DNA of 64,000 bases from Octopus sinensis (lineage: Eukaryota): NCBI RefSeq assembly GCF_006345805.1, contig NC_042998.1:205158001-205222000 (forward strand), in the 5' to 3' direction. Position numbers and translations under genes: made by a program. Every line of letters begins with the position of its first letter. The stretch's first letter is position 1. This document shows, piece after piece, positions 26,071-38,000 of the stretch. Below the pieces are notes generated by a model that was given only the letters and a program-made list of their open reading frames with translations, was not told the origin of the DNA and made no database searches.

Positions 26071-27354
26071 GCAGTGTTTCCTAATCCCAAATCAGCCTTC
26101 ATTGTACAAATCTCAGATTTTTAAGGTTCTTCAAGCCATCGCCATTCCATCTTTTATCTTCACAGACACTCCACACCCATATTGTCTTTCCTACCTTCAA
26201 CTCTCACCTCTCTGCATTCCAACCAACCTGAGACCAATCCAGCTTTAATCTTTTGACTCTTTAGCATTTAAACTGGCCACATCCGGTCAAGCTATTCTAC
26301 TGGTTCTATAATCCAACTGGCCAAACCCAGCCTCCCATACCTATCTGACAAAAAAAAAGAAAGGTTGACGGTGGGAGGAAGGTTGGATTTGACTGCTATT
26401 TCTTGTAGGGGTGTCTTTGTTGTTTTGTTGTAGCAATTTTTACAGCTGGATGACCACCCTATAAGTGACCACTTGTCGGTCAATGCTCATCTTGAAATAA
26501 TGGTTTCAAAGTTTGCAGCAATTTTGGGGGAAGGGATGAGTCGATTACATTGACCCCAGTGTATAACTGGTACTTATTTTATTGACCCTGAAAGGATGAA
26601 AGGTAAAGCTGACCTTGGCAGAATTTGAACTCAGAACATAGCGACAGGCAAAATACCACTAAAAGCATTTTGCCCAGCATGCTCAAACCTTGTCTTAAAA
26701 TAAAGCCAGTTGTCAGCCAGGCAGACTGAAATGGCAAGTATTGTACAATGTGTTGCCTCTAACAAGACTTGAACCCACAACCACATGGTCAATGATTTCA
26801 CAAATTCAACTTAGAATTATTAATTCTCCCAGAACGTAATTATAATGTTTAATTATATTCTTAATTAAAAAAAGAAGAAAGAAAACTGTCACTCTATTGT
26901 TTGCGACAATGATTGTTCTGGTTGATCGAATCAACAGAACATCTTGCTCCTGAAATTAACATACAAGTGGCTGAGTATACCACTGACAAGCATACTCTTA
27001 AAGTAATTGTCAGGAAGATTTAGCATTACACAGAAGTTGACAAGGTTGGCCCCTTTTAAATTACTGGTACAACTCATTCTTTGCCAGCTGAGGGGAGACT
27101 GGAGCAATGTGAAATGAAGTGTCTTGCTCAAGAACACAGTGTGTCACCAGGAATTGAACTCTTGACCGTACAATTATGAGGAGCCATGCACCCTTGCATG
27201 TTCACCATGAATGCAGTAGTTGTACCCATCCAACCACGCACCTCCTCACTCCCCTTCTATCATCTTTGTTTGTTTCTACAAATGGCCCCCCCCCCTCTTA
27301 CAAACCACTCAACTGAAACATTAACTTCTGTTTCTTTTCTTTTCTTTCTTGCAG

Positions 27355-27410
27355 AGAATCACAGGATGCAAGAGGCATACGAAAACCATCTCATCATTAA
27401 ACTTGTTCTG
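27355..27410 (+). CDS. ANO8: ANO8 exon G (ENHRMQEAYENHLIIKLVL)
   Basis: Long polypyrimidine tract and gcag acceptor, donor CTG|gtgagt; 56 nt, phase 1 to phase 0. Confidence 0.92.
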
Positions 27411-29751
27411 GTGAGTGGTTTCATGGTTTAGCAAATGTTTTGTTTGACGTGTTGGTGAATTGTTTGACATGTTGTTGAATTGTTTGACGTGTTGGTGAAT
27501 TGTTTGACATGTTGTTGAATTGTTTGACGTGTTGGTGAATTGTTTGACATGTTGTTGAATTGTTTGACGTGTTGGTGAATTGTTTGACGTGTTGGTGAAT
27601 TGTTTGACGTGTTGGTGAATTGTTTGATGTGTTGTTGAATTGTTTGACGTGTTGGTGAATTGTTTGATGTGTTGGTGAATTGTTTGACGTGTTGGTGAAT
27701 TGTTTGACGTGTTGGTGAATTGTTTGACGTGTTGGTGAATTGTTTGATGTATTGGTGAATTGTTTGACGTGTTGGTGAATTGTTTGACGTGTTGGTGAAT
27801 AGATGTATTGGTGAATTGTTTGACGTGTTGGTGAATTGTTTGACGTGTTGGTGAATTGTTTGACGTGTTGGTGAATTGTTCGATGTGTTGGTGAATTGTT
27901 TAACGTGTTGGTGAATTGTTTGATGTATTGGTGAATTGTTTAACGTGATGGTGAATTGTTTGGCGTGTTGGTGAATTGATGTATTGGTGAATTGTTTAAC
28001 GTGTTGGTGAATTGTTTGACGTGTTGGTCAATTGATGTATTGGTGAATTGTTTGACGTGTTGGTAAATTATTTGACGTGTTGGTGAATTGATGTATTAGT
28101 GAATTGTTCGATGTGTTGGTGAATTGTTTAACGTGTTGGTGAATTGTTTGGCATGTTGGAGAATTGATGTATTGGTGAATTGTTTGATGTATTGGTGAAT
28201 TGTTTAACGTGATGGTGAATTGTTTGGCGTGTTGGTGAATTGATGTATTGGTGAATTGTTTAACATGTTGGTGAATTGTTTAACGTGTTGGTGAATTGTT
28301 TGGTGTGTAGGTGAATTGTTCGACGTGTTGGTGAATTGTTCGACATGTTGGTGAATTGTTTGATGTGTTGGCAAATTGTTTAACGTGTTGGTAAATTGTT
28401 TACGTGTTGGTGAATTGTTTAATGTGTTGGTGAATTGTTTGGCATATTGGTGAATTGATGTATTGGTGAATTGTTTGACGTGTCAGTGAATTGTTTGGCA
28501 TGTTGGTGAATTGTTTGACGTGTTGCTGAATTGTTTGACCCGTTGGTGAATTGATGTATTGGTGAATTGTTTGACGTGTTGGTGAATTGTTTGGCGTGTT
28601 GGTGAATTGAGGTATTGGTGAATTGTTTGTGTTGGTGAATTGTTTGTGTTGGTGAATTGTTTGATGTGTTGGTGAATTGTTTGACGTGTTGGAGAATTGA
28701 TGTATTGGTGAATTGTTTGTGTTGGTGAATTGTTTGACGTGTTGGGGAATTGTTTGACGTGTTGGTGAATTGATGTGTTGGTGAATTGTTTGACGTATTT
28801 GTGAATTGACGTGTTGGTTAATTGATGTATTGGTGAATTGTTTGACGTGTTAGTGAATTGTGTGGCGTGTTGGTGAATTGTTTGACGTGTTACTGAATTG
28901 TTTGACGTGTTGCTGAATTGTTTGACCCGTTGGTGAATTGATGTATTGGTGAATTGTTTGACATGTGGGTGAATTGTTTGACATGTTGGTAAATTGTTTG
29001 ATGTGTTGGTGAATTGATGTATTGGTAAATTGTTTCACGCATTGGTGAATTGTTTGACATGTTGGTGAATTCTTTGACGTGTTGGTGAATTGATGTATTG
29101 CTGAATTGTTTGCCCTGTTGGTGAATTGATGTATTGGTGAATTGTTTGGCGTGTTGGTGAATTGATGTATTGGTGAATTGTTTGATGTGTTGGTGATTTG
29201 TTTAATGTGTTGGTGAATTGTTTCACGTGTTGGTGAATTGTTTGATGTGTTAGTGAATTGTTTAACATGTTGGTGAATTGATGCATTGGTGAATTGTTTG
29301 ATGTGTTTGTGAATTGTTTAATGTATTGGTGAATTGTTTAGAGTGTTGATGAATTGATGCATTGGTGAATTGTTTAACGTGTTGGTGAATTGTTTGGCGT
29401 GTTGGTGAATCGTTTAACGTGTTGGTGAATTCTTTAGTGTGTTGGTGAATTATTTGATGTGTTGGTGAATTGTTTAATGTGTTGGTGAATTGTTTGGCGT
29501 GTTGTTGATCTGATGTATTGGTGAATTGTTTGATGTGTTGGTGAATTGTTTGACGTATTTGTGAATTGTTTGACGTGTTGGTGAATTGTTTAACGTGTTC
29601 GTGAATTGTTTGACATGTTGGTAAATTCTTTGACGTGTTGGTGAAATGATATATTGGAGAATTGTTTGATGTGTTGGCAAATTGTTTAACATGTTGGTGA
29701 ATCGTTTGATGTGTTAGTGAATTGTGTGGCATGTTGGTGAATTGTTTGACG

Positions 29752-29942
29752 TTAGGGAGCTTGCTTTCTAACTACATGGTTTCGGGTTCAGTCCCACTGC
29801 ATGGCACTTTGGGTAGGTGTCTTTCACTATAGCCCTGAGCTGACCGGAGCTTTGTGATTGAATTCGGTAGGCGGGAGTTACTGCCGTGTGTGCATATGTG
29901 CGTGTAGGTGCTTGTGCCTCTCCGAAAGAGAGAGAGAGGGGG
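29752..29942 (+). mobile_element. Truncated SINE fragment plus TG/GA microsatellite inside the satellite
   Basis: catggtttcgggttcagtcccactgcatggcac...actatagccc matches the SINE at 22318-22702. Confidence 0.8.
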
Positions 29943-31737
29943 TTGCTGAATTGTTTGACCTGTTGGTGAATTGGTGAATTGTTTGACATGTTGTCAAATT
30001 GTTTGACGTGTTGGTGAATTGATGTATTGCTGAATTGTTTGACATGTTGGTGAATTCTTTGACGTGTTGGTGAATTGTTTGTGTTGGTGAATTGTTTGAC
30101 ATGTTGATGAATTCTTTGACGTGTTAGTGAATTGATGTATTGGTGAATTGTTTGATGTGTCGGTGAATTCTTTGACGTATTTGTGAATTGTTTGACTTGT
30201 TGGTGAATTGTTTGGCGAGTTGGTGAATTGATGTATTGGTGAATTGTTTAACGTGTTGGTGAATTGTTTGGCGTGTTGGTGAATTATTTGACATGTTGGT
30301 CAATTGTTTGACGTATTGCTGAATTGATGTATTGGTGAATTGTTTGAAGTGTTGGTGAATTGTTTGACGTGTTTGTGAATTGTTTGACATGGTAAATTGT
30401 TTGACGTGTTGGTGAATTGATGTATTGGTGAATTGTTTGATGTGTTGAATTGTTTCACGTATTGGTGAATTGTTCGACGTGTTGGTCAATTCTTTGACGT
30501 GTTGGTGAATTGTTTGGCATGTTGATGAATAGATTGTGTTGGTGAATTGTTTGGTATATTGGTGAATTGATGTATTGGTGAATTTTTTAAAGTGTTGGTG
30601 AATTGTTTAACGTGTTGCTGAATTGTTTGGCGTGTTGGTGAATTGTCAAATGTGTTGGTGAATTGTTTGATGTGTTGGTGAATTATTTAACCTGTTGGTG
30701 AATTGTTTGACGTGTTGGTGAATTTTTTAACGTGTTGGTGAATTATTTGATATGTTGGTGAATTGTTTGTGTTGGTGAATTGATGTATTGGTGAATTGTT
30801 TGATGTGTTGGAAAATTGTTTAACATGTTGGTGAATTGATGTATGGTTGAATTGTTTGATGTGTTGGCAAATTGTTTAATGTGTTGGGGTGTTGGTGAAT
30901 TGATGTATTGGTGAATTGTTCGATGTGTTGGCAACTTGTTTAACGTGTTGGTGAATTGTTTGATGTGTTGGCAAATTGTTTGTGTTGGTGAATTGATGTA
31001 TTGGTGAATTGTTTGACGTGTTGGTGAATTGATGTATTGGTGAATTGTTCGATGTGTTGGCAAATTGTTTAACGTGTTGGTGAATTGTTTGACGTGTTGG
31101 TGAATTGATGTATTGGTGAATTGTTTGGCGTCTTGGTGAATTGTTTGATGTGTTGGCAAATTGTTTAACGTGTTGGTGAATTGATGTATTGGTGAATTGT
31201 TCGTGTTGAATTGTTTAACGTGTTGGTGATTTGTTTCGCGTGTTGGTGAATTTATGTATTGGTGAATTGTTTGACGTGTTGGTGAATTGTATGATGTGTT
31301 GGTGAATTGTTTAACGTGTTGGTGAATTGTTTGGCATGTTGGTGAATTGTTTAACGTGTTGGTGAATTGTTTTATGTGTTGGTGAATTGTTTGGCATGTT
31401 GATGAATAGTTTAACGTGTTGGTGAATTGTTTGGCATATTGGTGAATTTTTTAACGAGTTGGTGAATTGTCAAACGTGTTGGTGAATTATTTAACCTGTT
31501 GGTGAATTGTTTCACGTGTTGGTGAATTTTTTAACGTGTTGGTGAATTGTTTAACATGTTGGTGAATTATTTGATGTGTTGGTGAATTGTTTAATGTGTT
31601 GATGAATAGTTTGGCGTGTTGGTGAATTGATGTATTGTTGAATTGTTTGATGTGTTGGCAAATTGTTTGTGTTGGTGAATTGATGTATTGGTGAATTGTT
31701 TGATGTGTTGGTTAATTGATGTATTGGTGAATTGTTT

Positions 31738-32040
31738 GAACAAAGCGGTCGTCGGCACCTTCACCATCTCGTCTGGCAGCTTGTTCCACGGATCCGCAAC
31801 CCGGACGGAGAAAGCTCCTCTCCTTCGATTGAGATGAAATCGTCGCAGGTAGAGCTTTTCGGAATGACCCCGCAGCCGACGCTCCGAAGCAGGAGTGAAG
31901 AACAGCTCTTTCAAGAGGTTACACTTCTCGCTTATGATGTTGTGGGCGAGAATGAGATCACCATGGCGGCGGCGTGTTTCAAGAGAATAAAGGTCGAGCG
32001 TCCTCAGCCTCTCTTTGTAGGACAAATTTTTGAGACCATA
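31738..32040 (-). mobile_element. CR1/L2-group LINE ORF2 C-terminal fragment inside the satellite
   Basis: Open frame GLKNLSYKERLRTLDLYSLETRRRHGDLI...RGHSEKL...FSVRVADPWNKLP, the typical CR1-type ORF2 C-terminus. Confidence 0.88.
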
Positions 32041-35000
32041 TTGATGTATTGGTGAATTGTTCGATGTGTGGGCAAATTGTTTAACGTGTTGGTGAATTGT
32101 TTGACGTGTTGGTGAATTGTTTGGCGTCTTGGTGAATTGTTTGATGTGTTGGCAAATTGTTTAACGTGTTGGTGAATTGATGTATTGGTGAATTGTTCGT
32201 GTTGAATTGTTATGACATGTTGGTGAATTGTTTGGTGTGTTGGTGAATTGATGTATTGGTGAATTGTTTGATGTGTTGGTGAATTGTTTCACGTATTGTT
32301 GAATTGTTTGACGTGTTGGTGAATTCTTTGTGTTGGTGAATTGTTTGATGTGTTGGTAAATTGTTTGACGTATTCTTGAAGTGGTTCTTGTGTTGGTGAA
32401 TTGATGTATTGGTGAATTGTTTGACGTGTTGGTGAATTGTTTGGCATGTTGAATTGTTTAACGTGTTGTTGAATTATTTCATGTGTTGGTGAATTGTTTA
32501 ACGTGTTGGTGAATTGTTTAATGTGTTGGTGAATTGTTTGGCATATTGGTGAATTGATGTATTGGTGAATTTTTTAATGTGTTGCTGAATTGTTTAACAT
32601 GTTGGTGAATTATTTGATGTGTTGGTGAATTGTTTAATGTGTTGGTGAATTGTTTGATGTGTTGGCAAATTGTTTAACGTGTTGGTGAATTGTTTGGCAT
32701 GTTGATGAATTGATGTATGAGCGAATTCTTTGAAGTGTTGGCAAATTGTTTAACGTGTTGGTGAATTGTTTGGCGTGTTGGTGAATTGATGTATTGGTGA
32801 ATTGTTTGATGTGTTGGCAAATTGTTTAACGTGTTGGTGAATTGTTTGATGTGTTGGCAACTTATTTGTGTTGGTGAATTGATGTATTGGTGAATTGTTT
32901 GACGTGTTGGTGAATTGTTCGTGTTGAATTGTTTGACGTGTTGGTGAATTGATGTATTGGTGAATTGTTCGATGTGTTGGCAACTTGTTTAACGTGTTGG
33001 TGAATTGTTTGATGTATTGGCAAATTGTTTGTGTTGGTGAATTGTTTGACGTGTTGGTTAATTGATGTATTGGTGAATTGTTCGATGTGTTGGTGAATTG
33101 TTTGACGTGTTGGTGAATTGATGTATTGGTGAATTGTTTGGCGTCTTGGTGAATTGTTTAACGTGTTGGTGAATTGATGTATTGGTGAATTGTTCGTGTT
33201 GAATTGTTTGACATGTTGGTGAATTGTTTGGTGTGTTGGTGAATTGATGTATTGGAGAATTGTTTGATGTGTTGGTCAATTGTTTCACGCATTGTTGAAT
33301 TGTTTGACATGTTGGTGAATTCTTTGTGTTGGTGAAATGTTTGACATATTCTTGAAGTGGTTCTTGTGTTGGTACATTGATGTATTGGTAAATTGTTTAA
33401 CGTGTTGGTGAATTGATGTATTGGTGAATTGTTTGACGTGTTGGTGAATTGTTTGATGTGTTGGTGAATTGTTTAATGTGTTGGTGAATTGTTTGGCATG
33501 TTGGTGAATTGTTTAACGTGTTGTTGAATTGTTTCATGTGTTGGTGAATTGTTTACGTGTTGGTGAATTGTTGATGTGTGGTGAATTGTTTATGTGTTGG
33601 TGAATTGTTTGGCATATTGGTGAATTGATGTATTGGTGAATTTTTTAACGTGTTGGTGAATTGTTTAACATGTTGGTGAATTATTTGATGTGTTGGTGAA
33701 TTGTTTAATTGTTGGTGATTGATGTATGGTTGAATTGTTTGATTGTTGGCAAATTGTTTAACGTGTTGGTGAATTGTTTGGCGTGTTGGTGAATTGATGT
33801 ATTGGTGAATTGTTTAACGTGTTGGTGAATTGATGTATTGGTGAATTGTTTGAGTGTTGGCAACTTGTTGTGTTGGTGAATTGATGTATTGGTGAATTGT
33901 TCGTGTTGAATTGTTTAACGTGTTTGTGAATTGATTGACATGTTGGTGAATTGATGTATTGCTGAATTGTTTGATGTGTTGGTGAATTGTGTGACGTGTT
34001 GGTGAATTGTTCAACGTGTTGGTGAATTGTTTGACGTGTCGGCAAGTTGTTTAATGTGTTGGTGAATTATTTGATGTGTTGGTGAATTGCGTAACGTGTT
34101 GGTGAATTGTTTGACGTGTTGGTGAATTGATGTATTGGTGAATTTTATGATGTGTTGGTGAATTGTTCGTGTTGAATTGTTTGACGTGTTGGTGAATTGG
34201 TGAATTGTTTGATGTGTTAGTGAATTGTTTAACGTTGGTGAATTGTTTGACATGTTGGTGAATGATGTATTGTGTTTTGTGAATTGTTTGATGTGTTAGT
34301 GAATGTTTAACGTATTGGTGAATTGTTTGACATGTTGGTGAATTGATGTATTGGTGAATTTTTGATGTGTTGGTAAACTGTTTGGCGTGTTGGTGAATTG
34401 TTTAATGTGTTGGTGAATTGTTTGACGTGTTGGTGAATTTTATGATGTGTTGGTGAATTGTTCATGTTGAATTTTTGACGTGTTGGTGAATTGATGTATT
34501 GGTGAATTGTTTGATTGTTAGTGAAGTTTAACGTGTTGGTGAATTTTTGACATGTTGGTGAATTGATGTATTGGTGAATGTTTAACGTGCTGGTGATTGT
34601 TTAACGTTTTGAATTGTTTAACGTGTTGGTGAATTGTGTGGCGTGTTGGTGAATTGTTGGCATGTTGGTGAATTGTTTAACGTGTTGGTGAATTGTTTGA
34701 CGTGTTGGTGAATTGTTTGATGTGTTGGTAAATTGTTTAACGTGTTGGTGAATTGTTTGGCATGTTAGTGAATTATTTGATGTGTTGGTGAATTGTTTAA
34801 GTGTTGGTAAATTGTTTGGCGTGTTGGTGAATTGATGTATTGGTGAATTGTTTGATGTTTCTTGAATTCTTTAACGTGTTGGTGAATTGATGTATTGGTG
34901 AATTGTTTACGTGTTGGTGAATTGTTTGGTGTTTTGGTGAATTGTATTGGTGAATTGTTTGATGTGTTGGCAAATTGTTTAACGTGTTGGTGAATTGTTT

Positions 35001-38000
35001 GATGTGTTGGTGAATTGATGTATTGGTAAATTGTTTAACGTGTTGGTGAATTGATGTATTGGTGAATTGTTTGATGTGTTGGTGAATTGTTTAATGTGTT
35101 GGTGAATTGTTTGGCATGTTGGTGAATTGTTTAACGTGTTGTTGAATTGTTTCATGTGTTGGTGAATTGTTTAACGTGTTGGTGAATTGTTTGATGTGTG
35201 GTGAATTGTTAATGTGTTGGTGAATTGTTTGGCATATTGGTGAATTGATGTATTGGTGAATTTTTTAACGTGTTGGTGAATTGTTTAACATGTTTGTGAA
35301 TTATTTGATGTGTTGGTGAATTGTTTAATGTGTTGGTGAATTGATGTATGGTTGAATTGTTGATGTGTTGGCAATTGTTTTAACGTGTTGGTGAATTGTT
35401 TGGCGTGTTGGTGAATTGATGTATTGGTGAATTGTTTAACGTGTTGGTGAATTGATGTTTGGTGAATTGTTTGATGTGTTGGCAACTTGTTTGTGTTGGT
35501 GAATTGATGTATTGGTGAATTGTTTGATGTGTTGGTGAATTGTTCGTGTTGAATTGTTTAACGTGTTGTGAATTGATTGACATGTTGGTGATTGATGTAT
35601 TGTGAATTGTTTGATGTGTTGGTGAATTGTGTGACGTGTTTGTTAATTGTTTGGCGAGTTGGTGAATTGTTCAACGTGTTGGTGAATTGTTTGACGTGTC
35701 GGCAAGTTGTTTAATGTGTTGGTGAATTATTTGATGTGTTGGTGAATTGTGTAACGTGTTGGTGAATTGTTTGACGTGTTGGTGAATTGATGTATTGGTG
35801 AATTTTATGATGTGTTGGTGAATTGTTCGTGTTGAATTGTTTGACGTGTTAGTGAATTGGTGAATTGTTTGATGTGTTAGTGAATTGTTTAACGTGTTGG
35901 TGAATTGTTTGACATGTTGGTGAATTGATGTATTGGTGAATTGTTTGATGTGTTAGTGAATTGTTTAACGTATTGGTGAATTGTTTGACATGTTGGTGAA
36001 TTGATGTATTGGTGAATTGTTTGATGTGTTGGTAAACTGTTTGGCGTGTTGGTGAATTGTTTAATGTGTTGGTGAATTGTTTGACGTGTTGGTGAATTTT
36101 ATGATGTGTTGGTGAATTGTTCATGTTGAATTGTTTGACGTGTTGGTGAATTGATGTATTGGTGAATTGTTTGATGTGTTAGTGAATTGTTTAACGTGTT
36201 GGTGAATTGTTTGACATGTTGGTGAATTGATGTATTGGTGAATTGTTTGATGTGTTGGTAAACTGTTTGGCGTGTTGGTGAATTGTTTAATGTGTTGGTG
36301 AATTGTTTGACGTGTTGGTAAATTGTTTGATGTGTTGATAAATTGTTTAAAGTATTGGTGAATTGTTTAACGTGCTGGTGAATTGTTTAACGTTTTGAAT
36401 TGTTTAACGTGTTGGTGAATTGTGTGGCGTGTTGGTGAATTGTTTGGCATGTTGGCGAATTGTTTAACGTGTTGGTGAATTGTTTGACGTGTTGGTGAAT
36501 TGTTTGATGTGTTGGTAAATTGTTTAACGTGTTGGTGAATTGTTTGGCATGTTAGTGAATTATTTGATGTGTTGGTGAATTGTTTAATGTGTTGGTGAAT
36601 TGATGTATTGGTGAATTGTTTGATGTGTTCTTGAATTCTTTAACGTGTTGGTGAATTGATGTATTGGTGAATTGTTTAACGTGTTGGTGAATTGATGTAT
36701 TGGTGAATTGTTTAACGTGTTGGTGAATTGTTTGGTGTTTTGGTGAATTGTATTGGTGAATTGTTTGATGTGTTGGCAAATTGTTTAACGTGTTGGTGAA
36801 TTGTTTGATGTGTTGGTGAATTGATGTATTGGTGAATTGTTTGATGTGTTGGCAAATTGTTTAACGTGTTGTTTAATTGTTTAGCGTGTTGGTGAATTGA
36901 TGTATTGGTGAATTGTTTGATGTGTTGGCAAACTGTTTAATGCACTGGGGAATTGTTTGACGTGTTGGTGAATTGTTTAACCGACGATGATGATGATGAT
37001 GATGATGTTGGTGAATTGTTTGGCGTGTTGGTGAATTGTTTGATGTGTTGGTGAATTGTATAACATGTTGGTGAATTGTTTGGCATGTTGGTGAATTGTT
37101 TAACGTGTTGGCAAATTGTTTAACGTTTTGGTGAATTGATGTATTGGTGAATTGTTTCATGTGTTGGTGAATTGTTTGACGTGTTGGCAAATTGTTTAAT
37201 GTGTTGGAGAATTGTTTGGCATGTTGGTGAATTGTTTAACGTGTTGGTTGAATTGTTTCATGTGTTGGTGTATTGTTTAACGTTTTGGTTAATTGTTTGG
37301 CGTGTTGCTGAATTGATGTATTGGTGAATTGTTTGGTGTGTTGGTGAATTGATGTATTGGTGAATTGTTTGGCATGTTGGTGAATTGTTTAACGTGTTGT
37401 TGAATTGTTTCATGTGTTGGTGAATTGTTTAACGTGTTGGTGAATTGTTTGATGTGTTGGTGAATTGTTTAATGTGTTGGTGAATTGTTTGGCATATTGG
37501 TGAATTGATGTATTGGTGAATTTTTTAACGTGTTGGTGAATTGTTTAACATGTTGGTGAATTATTTGATGTGTTGGTGAATTGTTTAATGTGTTGGTGAA
37601 TTGATGTATGGTTGAATTGTTTGATGTGTTGGCAAATTGTTTAACGTGTTGGTGAATTGTTTGGCGTGTTGGTGAATTGATGTATTGGTGAATTGTTTGA
37701 TGTGTTGGCAACTTGTTTGTGTTGGTGAATTGTTTGACGTGTTGGTGAATTGATGTATTGGTGAATTGTTTGATGTGTTGGTGAATTGTTCGTGTTGAAT
37801 TGTTTAACGTGTTTGTGAATTGATTGACATGTTGGTGAATTGATGTATTGCTGAATTGTTTGATGTGTTGGTGAATTGTGTGACGTGTTGGTGAATTGTT
37901 TGGCGAGTTGGTGAATTGTTCAACGTGTTGGTGAATTGTTTGACGTGTCGGCAAGTTGTTTAATGTGTTGGTGAATTATTTGATGTGTTGGTGAATTGTG

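Noticed and set aside
33540-35620. Zone with many single-base deletions in the units
   Set aside because: The pattern resembles unpolished long-read error rather than real divergence.
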